64,000 nt of DNA from a virus, in the IMG/VR virus record IMGVR_UViG_3300045988_058566, positions 122,600-186,599 of that record. One strand, 5' to 3'. The notes beneath the pieces were generated by a model. That model did not search any database. It was given only the letters and a program-made list of their open reading frames with translations, and had not been told where the DNA came from. Of the stretch, positions 27,170 to 39,461 are shown in pieces; within the stretch, counting starts at the first letter, position 1, and each line of letters begins with the position of its first letter. The position numbers and the translations under genes are program-made.

Positions 27170-28488
27170 GCTAATGTGAATTGAATTTGATGAGGTAGTT
27201 CAGAAGCATAAGAATCATTCTTAGTCCATACCTAATATGTGTAATTATTTATCTGTTCAGTAGTTTTAGTCCATCCAGACATATCGACATCTAAGAATCC
27301 TAAACCACCATTTACTTTTAAACTATTTAAAGTCGAATTAGTACCAGGTATTTTAATAACAGCTTTGCCTGATAAATTAATTTCCATTACCTTAGATTGA
27401 GTGCCATACTTAACTAGGGTACCTTTATTAGTGTTATAATACCAAGGATATGTTGCAGAAATAGTAGCCACAGTTTTATTTATAGAACCTGCTTCAATTC
27501 TTTTATCAGTAGTCTATCCTCTATCATCAACCAAATATTCCCCAGCAGAGTAATTAATTACTACCTTATAAATATAATCCCCTAATTCTGTATATGTGGA
27601 TTCTGTATAAGCCTAATTATTATGGGTTATAGAATCTGTTTTAGAGGTTGCATCTCCAGCGTCTCCCTTGATAAAAGTTGTACTTGCTGGAATAATAGGA
27701 CTGCCTACTTCTACTAACTAACTAGATACATTAGATACTACATAAGGTTGAACTAATTCTCTAACTAATACAGGGAATAATAGTTTATCTAATATAGTAG
27801 AGAATGCCTTACCCTTTAAATCAGATACCTTAGTTCCCTATTTAAGTCCTCCTACAGAAGTATTCATTTTAATATTATCAGATAACTCTGACTTATATAC
27901 AGCTGCAGAGGAGCTTTCTACATAGAGACCATCTTCTTTAGACTTAATAGCATTACCCTCAGCTTGAGATATAGCAAAATCTAACTTAGATTCCCCATTT
28001 AAGGCTACTGAACCTGAGTGTGTTCTAATCCAAGCTTCTATTTTATCATCTACATTTAAATTAGCTAATTGACCATTTAAGGTTCCTACCTATGTATTAA
28101 TAGTATCAACTAATTCCTGTAAAGTAGATAACTCTTCTCCCTAATTAGTAACAGTACTGGTTAACTAATTTATATTAGCTTTAATAGTTTCTATCTATTC
28201 TTCTATCTTTTTATCTTGATAAGATTTAGCTAGAGTTAAAGCATAGTCAAGTGCCTCATATATAGATGTAATCTATTCTATATTTGTTATATGATCACTA
28301 TCAGGTTTATATGTATATTTACCTGTGACAGTTACACCTATACTTTCTCTAGCTAATTTCTTTTCTAGTTCTGTTTGAAATTCTCCTAAAAAATTACTCT
28401 TTAAAAGAGGTATAAGTTGTTTAGGTCTTTCTTTAGAACATGGTGTTAAACCTACCTTCCCTACCTAATTGTAAATAGAGTGTATCAT
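27166..28488 (-). CDS. hypothetical virion protein (440 aa, TAG-containing)
   Basis: ATG 28488..28486, fragment 27232..27471 and TGA 27166-27168 are in frame; ATGA overlap with the next gene. Confidence 0.5.
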
Positions 28489-28489
28489 T

Positions 28490-28663
28490 CTAATTTAGTA
28501 AGTTCTCTTTAATAAATTCTTTGTTATCTATATCTATAGGTAAACTAATAAAACAAATGATATTTAACAATAATGAATAATCATCTTGATAACCTTTCTT
28601 TGCTCTATTTAATAAATCTCTATAAAGTTCTATTGCTTTACGCTTTAGAACATCCACATCCAT
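28490..28663 (-). CDS. small hypothetical protein ending at a TAG
   Basis: Track ORF 28490..28708; likely start MDVDVLKRK at 28663. It ends at TAG 28490-28492 in a TAGAATG stop-start arrangement; readthrough would add 19 codons up to TAA 28433-28435. Confidence 0.35.
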   Translation of the reverse strand: MDVDVLKRKAIELYRDLLNRAKKGYQDDYSLLLNIICFISLPIDIDNKEFIKENLLN

Positions 28664-29417
28664 GAGCTGTATGCTATCCATATTCATTATTATGACAGAA
28701 GCCTCCACAAGTATTAAATTCTTCTACTATTTTTTCAGCTTCCATAAATTGTTCAAACTAGATTAAATAATCTATTATATTAAGAGTCATCCAAATGAAG
28801 TCTCTAGCATATAAATCTTCATTATATGCAGAAGTTCGACATTTATTTAATAATGCATTAAATAATTTCTTACAATAATTAATATAACATTGTTGCATAT
28901 TTCCTGTAAAGAAAGTATTTATATGTTCCTACTAAATAGGAGTTCCTTCTAGATTCATTTCTAGTACTTCTCTAAGAGTAGTTTCTTTTAATACTCCATC
29001 TACTTCTTTTTTAATAACTCCCTCATCTATTATATATACTCTATTTATTTTATCTTTATATTCTTGTGAAGCTTTATTTTTATACCAATTATACCAATCT
29101 ATATTCGGAAATATATAATGGTCAATAGTATAAAAACCATCTTCTTTAAGGTTGAAAGTACACGCATCATCTTTATATACCCCATTTTCTAACTAATTGT
29201 GTTCATGTATTAATGCATCTAAGAATGTTATTTCAGTAGTTCCTATTTTCATTAATACATTTACAGTCACTGATTTACTGTATTTAAATAATAATGTATC
29301 TTCATAAGTACTAGCTACTTCTTCCTCCTCTGGCAAATATTGACCGTACTCTTTAGATAAATCTAACACAGTTAAATCACCTTGTACTGAATTACAAATA
29401 TCTATTTTAAATTCCAT
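28638..29417 (-). CDS. hypothetical protein with Cys/His-rich C-terminus (259 aa, TAG-containing)
   Basis: Track ORF 29193..29417 continues in frame through TAG to TAA 28638-28640; C-terminal ...CGGFCHNNEYG(TAG)HTAHGCGCSKA. Confidence 0.5.
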
Positions 29418-30307
29418 TACTTAACTATTGAAATTAATTGAGGTTCACTCCATATATTCTTATTGTCGTCTAAAACATAATTATTATTATTCTAGGAAGC
29501 AGAAATCATCCATAGATAACCAGTGAACTCCTATTCGTTAGTATCTGTCCACTAGTTACCTGGATTTATTGCAGTTTTAGTTAATTGAGGTTTTTTAAAA
29601 GTACTAGTTACTGTAAATTTAGTAACAAGTCTACTATCATAAGCCCATTTAGAATATAATGCAACTTTAAATAAACTCCAGGCACCACTTACTCTCTATC
29701 GTACTGCCATAAATCCATAAGGATTAGACGCAGTTATTTCTGATGGATATTTACTCCAATTATTTTTACCTGCTTCACTAGCTTTAATTATTTCATCTAT
29801 AGAAGCATCTGTATCATCTACATTCTATAGTTCCCCATCTACTTCTACTGCTTTCTATGGATATATTACCTTAGGCTACTAAGAATTATCTTTTACCATA
29901 TATAGAGTCTAACTAATCTCAGCAATATCTGCAGTTACAATTTCATAAAATTTCTAACCATCTTTAAGATTCTATCCTTCAAAATACACAATAGTCCTTT
30001 TCCAGGTATAAGGAGTCTTTACAGAAGGTAATACAAAGTTTTCACCCCACTAATTAGTTTCAGGCTAATTTTCTAACTCCTTCACTTTAGCAACATCTGC
30101 TGTATTTGTAGCTAAATAATCTATTTTAAACTTTAAAGATTTAGCTACTTCATCAGCTCCCTATTTTTCTGAGATCTATCTAGCAAGGTCTGCTAAATAT
30201 ATATCAAGTGTAGTGTTTTTAGCTAGAACTGTAACTGCTTTATCTGCTGTCTCTGGATAAATCTAATCACCGGTTCCAGAGTATACTTTTTCACAACTGA
30301 TTGCCAT
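29417..30307 (-). CDS. hypothetical virion protein (296 aa, TAG-containing)
   Basis: ATG 30307..30305 and TAA 29417-29419 are in frame; TAATG overlaps at both ends. Confidence 0.45.
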
Positions 30308-32478
30308 TATGATTGTCTAATTTTATCATTATAAGGATTACCATCGTTTAACTAAGCTAATTCAACCTTAGTTCTCTAATCCTCTATATCTAATTGTCTA
30401 TCTTTATAAGTTCTATCTGTTTGAGCCTTATACCAATTAACTTGATATTCTAATTGAATCTTCTGCTAATCAAGCTGCATTCTTTGTTCATTAAGAGACT
30501 CTGCTTTCTATTGAGCTTTCTATAATTCTTGCTAAGCCTATTGTAGCTACTAACTGGTTTCTTCTAACTTCTACTACAGCTACTATAACTAATTGTTTTC
30601 AGCTTTCTATTTTTCTATAGCTTTCTTAACAGTATATTTAAGTTCAGTTAAACTCTTAGCAGTAAGAGCTTCAAATATAATATCGGCACTAACTAATCCA
30701 GACTTAATTAAATCAGGCAATGTAGATTTAATTGTCTGCATATCCTACATAATCTCAGTACTAGATATTACATGTATATCATAGTCTGTAACTGTAAAAT
30801 ATTCAGGAAGTGCCGTAAATATTTTCTAGTACTTATCTCCCAGAGTAATAGTACCAGTTAGTCCTTTCTTATAAACTATTTTAGCCTAATTGAGGCTATC
30901 TAATAAGACTTCTCGCACAACTAAATCCATTTGCTAATAGATAGGTTTAGTTACAGTATAAGAATTAGTTACTCCCTATTTAACATTAGTTACAGCATCT
31001 CTCTATTCAATGCCATTAAGTCTTTCTCTAAATACACCTGTAATAGATGATACAGTAGATTCAATAGATTGTATAGCCAAATCAATTGCTTGTATTACCT
31101 ATGCTGGTAAAGATTCATCATAGCCATTAAATATAGTATTTAAAGGAGCCTATCCATCTTCCATTCTTCCCTCTTGAGAAGAATCAATCAACATTTCTCC
31201 TTGTTTCTTATAAGCTCTCCATTTCTTTACCCTAGCTCCAAAATCTGGACCTAATACTTTAGGAATCATAGAAATGTCAATAATACTACCCTTAACACCA
31301 CTATTTGCTACGATAGCATCTCTATAATAGTGTAGGAGATCATAACGATCCTACAAATGGGCACATTTTAAGATTAAACTATAAGGCTAACGTGCTCTAT
31401 TTAAAAAATAGACACCATTTACTGATAATCCACAATAATTAGGATTATCATGACTTCTAATTACCTATTTATCAATTCCCCTAAGAATATAATATTCATC
31501 ACCGATTCTAATTGTATTATATCTCTACATAATAAATTTATCATCAGTTTCTATCCATTCTACTTCGTATACTGGAATTAGATTATATCTATGGGAATCA
31601 TCTTCAGGATAACCTGGGAGTAAATCTTGTTCTTCATCATCGTCACTGGCTTCATCTATATCTACAACTGGACCAAAGGCTCTTCTATATCTAGCTGTAT
31701 CATCGTCTGTCCAGTTCTATTTAAAATTACGTAAGTCTTCTTTACTTAATTCATTTCCATATTTAGCTAATATCTAACTTTTAGAAAGCCATTGTCTCAC
31801 AACTGACCTATAAGATTTTTTAACATAAGGAGATTCAGGATTTCTATCTACAAAAGTATTTAAAGGATTTAATACTTCTATTTCAATATTAGTTTTACTA
31901 AATGATGGCTTTACTCTGTAAAAACAATAACCTGTAACTAATAAGTCTATAAATAATTGTCTAAGTTTAGTTACAAAATCAATTTCTTCAGACTACATAA
32001 TGTATTGAAGAATATTCTAAGCAGCAATTTCATATTGAGAAACAAATTGCTAATCCTACTCTTCAATTATTTTATCTAACTACTATTTAATAGATTTATC
32101 AGTAATATCCTAGTTATTAGCAAATTTAAGTAAGGAATTATTTAAATGAGTTTTTAAAAATCCTATTATTTGTGTCTATATTAATAGCTATTTTTCTCTA
32201 TCCATATTACTGATAGTCCCTGCATCTTTACAGGATATTTTTGGTAATATAGGAGTTCCTAGAAATTCACCAACTAAAGCATCTACATGTTTTCTTAGTA
32301 AAGGTGTAAATTCAACAGAAGTAGGACTTCCTATACCAAAATTTTCTTCTAAATAACGAAACTATTCCTTATCTCTTTTTCCATTATAATAATTATAAGC
32401 TTTCTATAGCTTAGTTTTATCATATACAAGTTCAGAAATAGTTTCGTTAGTCTTATCTATAAGCTCTTTGTCTGTCAT
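30307..32478 (-). CDS. putative portal protein (723 aa, TAG-dense)
   Basis: ATG 32478..32476 and TAA 30307-30309 are in frame. No track ORF because TAG is so frequent. Follows the large terminase; size fits a portal. The C-terminal Q-rich coil has TAG interleaved with CAA/CAG (30547-30609, checked). Confidence 0.55.
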
Positions 32479-32716
32479 AACATAGTTTAGGTTCTGGAGG
32501 TTGTATTTTAATTGCTTTAAAATACTTTACTCTATGTAATTTACTTCTTCTTAATTCCTCTTTTATAAAATCTACAAATTTATCATCAGGTAAATCTGCC
32601 ATTAATACAAAGGGGTTCTCGGCATGGTCTAGATTAAGAGAAACTTTATATCCTATAGGGTCTAAATCTTCAATACGAATATCTCCTATAAAGTCTATCT
32701 AAAACTGTGTTCTCAT
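32453..32716 (-). CDS. possible small overlapping gene (87 aa)
   Basis: ATG 32716..32714 and TAA 32453-32455 are in frame; overlaps the terminase 3' end and the portal 5' end. Confidence 0.3.
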
Positions 32717-35030
32717 ATAATCTAGGATCACTTGTTTCAATTCGGTATGGGTCATTATTTTCCTCCTATTTAATTACTATTTGATTTGGTTGTTTCTTTG
32801 GAATAACCCCAAATTCTCTATAACCTTTGTCATTTATATAATATCCGTAGTCCTAAAATTCTTCAACTTCTTTGTCAACTTTTGTAGGTTGTCTTCCTGA
32901 TAATTCCTAATCTGCAAGTTCAACCATTCCAAGTGCAGCTATAATATCAAATTTTGTTTTATTCTCATCATTATAACCATTTAACTACACCAACATGTCT
33001 TCAAACCAGATATTATGTCCATAGTCTTCTACATAATCAGCTATAAGGTCTGTTTGTTGCTCTATAATAGTTTTAGTTGCAGGGGTGCCGTACTATTTAG
33101 TAGTACCATGTTTGATATCCGTTAAAGTCGCTCTAGGTCTCTTCATAAAGTATTGTAGACATTTATTTTCTCTAGCCCAAGTAATCATACCTACACGGGT
33201 AGCCTCTATATTAATTCTACAATTATAATATCTGCACATACACATAGCTATCTTATAAGCTTCTCTAATATTTTGAGGTCTGTCTTTATACATAGCTACA
33301 TATTGTGGTTCATTAAGACCGAAGGCTCTACGTTTAATTACAATACAAAAATCAGAAGGGTCTCTAGTTTCTTTAGAAGTCTAAGCAGCACCAATATCAA
33401 TACCATCAATACCCGCTACATATAAATCATTCATTTCTGTATATACAGGAGCTTCAAAATCAATCCCCTATTCTTCAGCTTCTTTCTTCTACTTCTCAAT
33501 CTGTTCTTTATATAAATCAGACCATACTGGATGCTCTAATATCTAAACTTTACCAGAATTAAGAAGCCATCTAAATCCATTTATATTTTCTAAAGAATGC
33601 TTATTAGATTTGTAAGTATAATCAATAGTTCCCACTTGTGGTCTAGGTCCAATTTTATGAAGACGTATTTTAGCTAACTAATCTGCTATCTTCATTTTAT
33701 TAAATTTATTCTAACCTTCAAGAGTAAATGCTTCTTCTGCATTCCAGCAACGCTCAGCACACTTTTTAAGGTAGTCTTCAGGAACAGCTAACAGATTATT
33801 TCTTTCTTCTTGTAATATCTTCTTATATTCTGTCTAATTACAAACTCCTCTAGAATCCATGTATTCAGGATTCAAAGATTGCAGAAAATAAGGAAGAAAG
33901 AATCCACTCTCTATAGTAGTTCCGTCTTGTGTCCATTTATGTCTAAATGGTAGAATCTTAAAAGCCTTAGGATTATAATAAATCTTTTTTAATCCTTCAA
34001 GAGGAGGACCGAAATCACCTCCAGTACCACCAAATAACATAATACCTCTAGGAACACCTTGTACTTCACATAACTCTTGTCCTTGTACTACAGCAGTGGT
34101 TAAATCAGGCCACGAACCAGCCTCATCATAAATAAGAAGATCAACACGGTCACCACGAATATTAGAAGGCTTGCTTCCATTAATTCCTATTACAACAGAA
34201 CGCCATCCAAAGTCTGTGAACTGACCATCTATTTTAACTTGGTATCCTGATTTCTTTTCTAGGGCTTTATCTGTTAATCTAGGCTTAAAAAATCCATCAG
34301 CATTCGTATTAATAAATGTGAGAGCATGGTCTAACTTACTAAAGGTACCATTTAAATAGGTATCTTTAAAGCAGGTAATCATAGTTCTACTTCTCTTTAT
34401 AGTAGTGTATAGTCTAGCTGCAAGAGAAGCATTTATCTCACTGAAACCAATTGAACGGGCTTTCATTAAAGCAGCATTTTTATGTAGTACTCTACACATC
34501 TATAAATAATGAAAGAACATATATTGAGAAGCAAAGAATACCGGAAAACTTTCATTAGTACCTTCACCTGATGCTTTATCCATATCTACTACTGGTAACT
34601 AATAAAAATTTAAGAAGAAATAGTTATCTCCAGTAATAGTATATCCATGTGAGGTCATACCATATTTACATCTAGTATATTGTTCTTTCCAAAATGCATC
34701 CCATCTTTTACTTCTAGGTAAATAAGAACAATATCTTCCAGTTCTTAGAAATGTTTCTCTAACTTCGGTAAACCATGAGGGGTCAAAATCTAAACCATGA
34801 GTTTCATCTATAGGTCTATAACCAGTTAATTCATAAGATAAAGTAGGATCAAAACATTCTATTTTCATATCCTTAGTAATATCCCAATATGTCTTATCAT
34901 TAGAACGTTCAATTCTATATTCATCAACTAATTTCTTAGCTTCTTTAGTGTCTTCTTCCTACTATTTCTTTTTTACTTCATCTACAATTAACTAGATTTC
35001 ATCAGGTAATACTTTCTTCTTTCTAGGCAT
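32670..35030 (-). CDS. terL: terminase large subunit (786 aa, TAG-containing)
   Basis: Fragments 33093, 33834 and 34599 and start ATG 35030 share a frame. Gaps 33294-33836 and 34500-34601 were checked and contain only TAG. Motifs MKARSIGFS (Walker A-like), DLLIYDEAG (Walker B) and VAGIDGID (nuclease Asp). Stop TGA 32670-32672. Confidence 0.8.
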
Positions 35031-35035
35031 ATTAA

Positions 35036-35596
35036 TTAAAAATTACCTGGGTCATATCCAGTATTAACTCCACCTCTAGTTGCAGATTCTTGTGATACAG
35101 ACTCTTTAACTTCTTTCTCTAAAGTAATTAATTGCTCATGGACATTACTTAACTAAGCCATCTCCTTCATTACTTTTTCTGCAGAGAAAATAGGTTTACC
35201 ATTAATATCTCGTTCATTTAAATCTACAATAGTCTCAAAATAATCTATAAACTAGTCTGCTGCCCTTCGAGCTGCTTCTAATAATTTCACAGATTTATTG
35301 GATTCTTGTAATTTCCTATATTTTCGACAAGCTTCTCTAAATATAGGGTCGTTAAACTAAGCTTCGGTCAAACCACTATCAGCTAAGGCTTCTTCATGTC
35401 TTTCCTATTCTAAATAATTAGAATAAGGAGACTTCCAATCTAAAGCCAAATAAATATAAGTTAGTTCTTTATTTACTCTAGTCTTAGTTTTCGTTTTATC
35501 TCTATCTAGAAGAGCCTTAAATTCTCTAATTAAAAGAATCTCAGGCTCATTTAACTCTAGAATAAGATGATCACTATCATAATTAAATACATTCAT
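35036..35596 (-). CDS. hypothetical protein in the small-terminase position (186 aa, TAG-containing)
   Basis: Track ORF 35405..35596 continues in frame through TAG to TAA 35036-35038; lies directly upstream of terL. Confidence 0.45.
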
Positions 35597-35623
35597 AAAT
35601 CATTAACATTCAACATCAGTATT

Positions 35624-37042
35624 TTATTTCATCTTTTTCTTTTTCTTAAAGTTTTTAATAGGGTCAGATTTTCCTCCATCTTGCATCTTTTTACCTGCAC
35701 ACATTTTACAGATTTCTCCACCCTTTTTAAAATATACTACTTCTTGACCTTCAGGGCATTCTCCAATAGACTATTTAATATAATCTAACTTAGCGCCGAG
35801 TCTTGCCTTACGAGACCCCTTCATTTGTTGAACAATAGCCTGCAATAATTTAGCTACTTGAGCGGCTTGCTAATCACCTTGTTGTGCTGCCTACATAATT
35901 TTCTAAATAGTCTAGTTGGCTTTTGTATCACCCTACATAGCTGCCTAAACTAAAGCCATTGCCTACTATTCTATTCCCTATTGTCCACTTGCCTATTGTG
36001 GTTGTACCATTTGTGCTCCTGCTTGATATTTATACATCTATCCTCCTTGTTTAAATTTTAAATTAACTAACTAATTATTCAATTTATTTGTATCAGTTTC
36101 TGGTTTTAATAACTAATTAGTTCCAATACTATTTACCATTTTCTAAGTACGCTAATTCTGTACCTAATTAATAAATGGCTGGTACTTAGAGTCCATAGAC
36201 CCAGGATTATTTAAATATGTTCTTAAAGCTTTTCGTTCACCTCCTGAATAATCATATGGATTCATACCTATAGAACGCATATAATCTCTAGTCTAGCTTC
36301 TATTATAAGTAGGAGTTGGTGCAGTAGGTAACTCTACAGTTGGAGTAATTTCCTTTACTGGAGATTTTGGCACTACATTATCTAACGTCTATAAAGTCAT
36401 AGTATTAACTGCAGGAGTCTGTGTAGACTAATTGAACTAGTTACCTCCTCTCTTACTATAAACATTATTTAAGTAACTAGCTAAATCTTTGTGCTGGGAT
36501 AAATAACTTCCCACTTTACTAAAGTCTCCAGTCTTATAAGCATTTGCTACATCTGCCTGAGATACTCCATTATAATTCCATATTCCTCTACCCTTATTAA
36601 TCCATGAATTAGATGCAGGAGCTTTTGGAGCTAATGCAGCTCTTGGTCCACTAGTTGCAGGAGGTGTACTAGTATTAGGTTTATCTGTAGAAACGGTAGG
36701 AGAGCCAGATTTTTTAGTAGCCTAAGATTTAGTGGATTCATTTTGGTTATTAGGAATAGTTGGATTATTCCATGAATAAGAATAATTTTTAGTATTCCAT
36801 GTACCTGTTTGTCCCTTTCTATTAAACATAGTACCATTTATATTCCACGTAATTCCTGTAGTTGGATCATATAAGGAATTTTGTTTCTAGTTGAATAAAT
36901 AATTAGCATTCAGTTTACCATTACTAAATCTTTTATTTAAAAAGTGATGAAATGTAGTAGGAACTGCTCCCTATGTAGTATAATAGTCACTTCCGTGAAC
37001 TTTCATTCCTGGATTTCTAATAATTTTAGTAAAATTTGCCAT
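35624..37042 (-). CDS. hypothetical protein, read as one 472-aa ORF across TAG 36038-36040
   Basis: ATG 37042..37040 reads in frame to TAA 35624-35626. At 36035-36049 the sequence is AAGGAGGA-TAG-ATG, so under the standard code it would be two genes. C-terminal CPEGQEV...CKMC zinc-ribbon-like motif. Confidence 0.45.
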
Positions 37043-37044
37043 AA

Positions 37045-37230
37045 TTATACAAGTATTAAATCCTTAGTGTTGAATACTGCTTCCTACATTAAACCTGAAT
37101 CAGTAAACCATCTGCATCTCAATCCTTTCATTTCATCTTTAAATATTGCTTGCTCTTTTCTAATAACAAGCATAGCCGGACAATGCATTTTGTCACGCTA
37201 ACGTAACTAAACTACATCTCCCGGCTGCAT
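37045..37230 (-). CDS. DUF2158/YodC-like small protein (61 aa, TAG-containing)
   Basis: MQPGDVV(TAG)LR(TAG)RDKMHCPAMLV...LRCRWFTDSG pattern; ATG 37230..37228 and TAA 37045-37047 are in frame. Confidence 0.4.
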
Positions 37231-37240
37231 GTAAACTTTA

Positions 37241-37846
37241 TTACTTGTTTCCATTATCTTTAATTTGATTCTTTCTTTCTGTTAATTTCTCATTAACTAT
37301 TGCCATAATTCGTGATTCATTAACTACTACAAATCCTTGCTTGAAAAATGGAACAGTAGCTTCACTAGCTTTAGTAAAGAATACTACATCACCTTCTTTC
37401 AAGAACTCACACTTGAATCCAGTTTCAATTACAGTACCAACACGAATAAACTGTTCCAGTTCGTGAATTTGACCATCTTCTTCACTCTTATATTGAGGAG
37501 TAAATCCGCCCAAGTCTGTAATAATTCCACTCTCTACTGTTACCTTTTGGAAAGGATTCTCCTCAAAAGGTTTAATCAATGCATAAGAACCCATTGGTAA
37601 TATCTCTAAACCATTGATGTCCTTTGAGATTTCTTTAGCATAGTCTTCAAGTGCTTTATTGTGTTTTTCAAATTTATCTACATATTCATCTACTTTAGTA
37701 TTAAATTTAGACTTCTTCTCATTAGCTAAAATAACGTCTGCTCTTTGTCCATTAACTACAATAGGAGTTCCTGTACTTTCCATACCAATAAGTGATTGAG
37801 CTACTTTCTCTTTTCCATTTAATTCACTTCTAAAATCCATAGTCAT
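37241..37846 (-). CDS. protein with C-terminal GroES-like co-chaperonin domain (TAG-free)
   Basis: Intact ORF; ...ILPMGSYALIKP...GTVIETG...LKEGDVVFF...IMAIVNE resembles the GroES / T4 gp31-type fold signature. Confidence 0.45.
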   Translation of the reverse strand: MTMDFRSELNGKEKVAQSLIGMESTGTPIVVNGQRADVILANEKKSKFNTKVDEYVDKFEKHNKALEDYAKEISKDINGLEILPMGSYALIKPFEENPFQKVTVESGIITDLGGFTPQYKSEEDGQIHELEQFIRVGTVIETGFKCEFLKEGDVVFFTKASEATVPFFKQGFVVVNESRIMAIVNEKLTERKNQIKDNGNK

Positions 37847-37868
37847 TTACATTAATTTATGGCAATAA

Positions 37869-38114
37869 TTACCATTTACCTTGTTCACAAAATTCATCTT
37901 CAATTCTAGTTTTATTATCTAATACGCATCCACATAAATCACATAAGTCACCGAAGTTAGTATCTAATTTATGGTCACATCTATGACATATACCTAATCT
38001 TGTAATAGCTAAATCTTGATGTTTATTCTTAATATTATAATATATGCTTTTTAATATAGTTAATGGCTTAGTTAAAATACCATGTAACCATTTAATTAAT
38101 ATGTTTAATTTCAT
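37869..38114 (-). CDS. Cys-rich zinc-binding-like small protein
   Basis: Intact ORF; CHRCDH...CDLCGC; ATGA overlap with the upstream gene. Confidence 0.45.
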   Translation of the reverse strand: MKLNILIKWLHGILTKPLTILKSIYYNIKNKHQDLAITRLGICHRCDHKLDTNFGDLCDLCGCVLDNKTRIEDEFCEQGKW

Positions 38115-38332
38115 TCTGCTTCCCATTTATTACAAGGACAATGTGAGTTCTTATTATTAATCTTCCATTTTAGGTGGCATCCGCACCCCTTTAAGTATCC
38201 TTTCTTAGGTGTTGTACTTACATCATTATTTTCAGGATTTAAATATAAATGTGCATTACAAATCTCATTTTCTTGGTCACAAATAGGACAAGCTCTACAT
38301 ATTTTAGTACGTTTAGTTATATATTCTTCCAT
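38111..38332 (-). CDS. Cys-rich zinc-binding-like small protein
   Basis: Intact ORF; CRACPICD...GCGCH...CPC. Confidence 0.45.
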   Translation of the reverse strand: MEEYITKRTKICRACPICDQENEICNAHLYLNPENNDVSTTPKKGYLKGCGCHLKWKINNKNSHCPCNKWEAE

Positions 38333-38423
38333 ATATTAATGTGTATATTAGTTCTTAGTTAATTCCATTATAGTGCTATAAATTAAATAGGCTATTAGTA
38401 ATAATGCTATACATAGTATCATA

Positions 38424-39338
38424 TTAATATTCAATTCGTTTATTCTTTAATCTACGTTCTTGTAGAAGATGTTCCTTTTCATAATAAGATAACATACGTT
38501 CTACTTCTTTTCTAAGATAAGGTAGATGATAAACAGTCATATTGTCATTGTGATCAAAATGTACTAATACTAAATCTTCTATACTAAAGTCAGGATTATA
38601 TGATTCAATTATATAAGCATAAGTACTAAGCTGAAGACAATAATGATAATAATTACAATCATCCAGATTATTTAGAGGAAACTTCATCTTAACAGAACTT
38701 CTTACTTTAGAATCAAAATAACTCTTGGTATCAATCTTCTTATTTGTTTTCCAGTCTCCAATTACGATGGAATTGCCTTTTTTAACTAATAAATCAATCT
38801 GACCTGCAATATGTAATTTACCAGATGGAGAATCCCAATGAATTAAATACTCAGGGTATACTGCATTCTCCAAATCTAGAGAAGTTCTATCTTTTTGGCA
38901 CTCAAATTTACCTCCTATTTGATATTTATCTAGAGTAATATTCTTTTTCTTAGTATAAAAGGAATTCTCTAATCCTGCATGTATTTTAGTGCCTCTTTCA
39001 CAAGACCTTCTATTTTCCTCATCCCAAGAGTCTAATATTTCTTGCTGTGCTTTATTAAAATCTAGCTCAGTAATATTATGTAACTCTAACAGAACAGGGT
39101 CAAATTTCTTAGTATTTAAAAGAGACTTCTTCTCAATCTTAAATTCATCAGCAGGTAACAATTTCTCTAAGGCTTTATATGCTGACCAAAATTCTTTATC
39201 AAATGGCTGACCAAATTGTTCAATCATAGTAGTTACAGAAGTGAACTTGATAGATGAGTCGTTAACATCCCAGTAACGATGTGCTTCTTCATTAAAAGCT
39301 ACTGTTCCGTTTTGTTTATCAATACTTAAATTTTCCAT
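38424..39338 (-). CDS. PD-(D/E)XK nuclease (RecB/Cas4/lambda-exo-like exonuclease)
   Basis: Intact 304-aa ORF with GQIDLL...IGDWKT (D...DxK) and QLSTYAYI (QxxxY) motifs. Confidence 0.7.
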   Translation of the reverse strand: MENLSIDKQNGTVAFNEEAHRYWDVNDSSIKFTSVTTMIEQFGQPFDKEFWSAYKALEKLLPADEFKIEKKSLLNTKKFDPVLLELHNITELDFNKAQQEILDSWDEENRRSCERGTKIHAGLENSFYTKKKNITLDKYQIGGKFECQKDRTSLDLENAVYPEYLIHWDSPSGKLHIAGQIDLLVKKGNSIVIGDWKTNKKIDTKSYFDSKVRSSVKMKFPLNNLDDCNYYHYCLQLSTYAYIIESYNPDFSIEDLVLVHFDHNDNMTVYHLPYLRKEVERMLSYYEKEHLLQERRLKNKRIEY

Positions 39339-39461
39339 ATAACATTAACATTTTACATTTATTTTATATTTATCTAAACTAATTTTTAACTTTTCAATAA
39401 TAATATATAATTAGGTGTATAACAAATTAATTAGTAATATAAACTCTTAAATTTAATTAAA

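Noticed and set aside
36631-36837. Minus-strand 68-aa ORF
   Set aside because: It is out of frame with the continuous TAG-containing reading frame 35624..37042, and its sequence is low-complexity Leu/Ile-rich.
159-38113. TGA or TAA reassignment in addition to TAG
   Set aside because: Reconstructed genes end cleanly at TGA (for example 159, 17288, 18306, 18766, 27166, 32670, 38111) or TAA. No gene needed TGA or TAA readthrough. No TCA- or TTA-anticodon tRNA was found.
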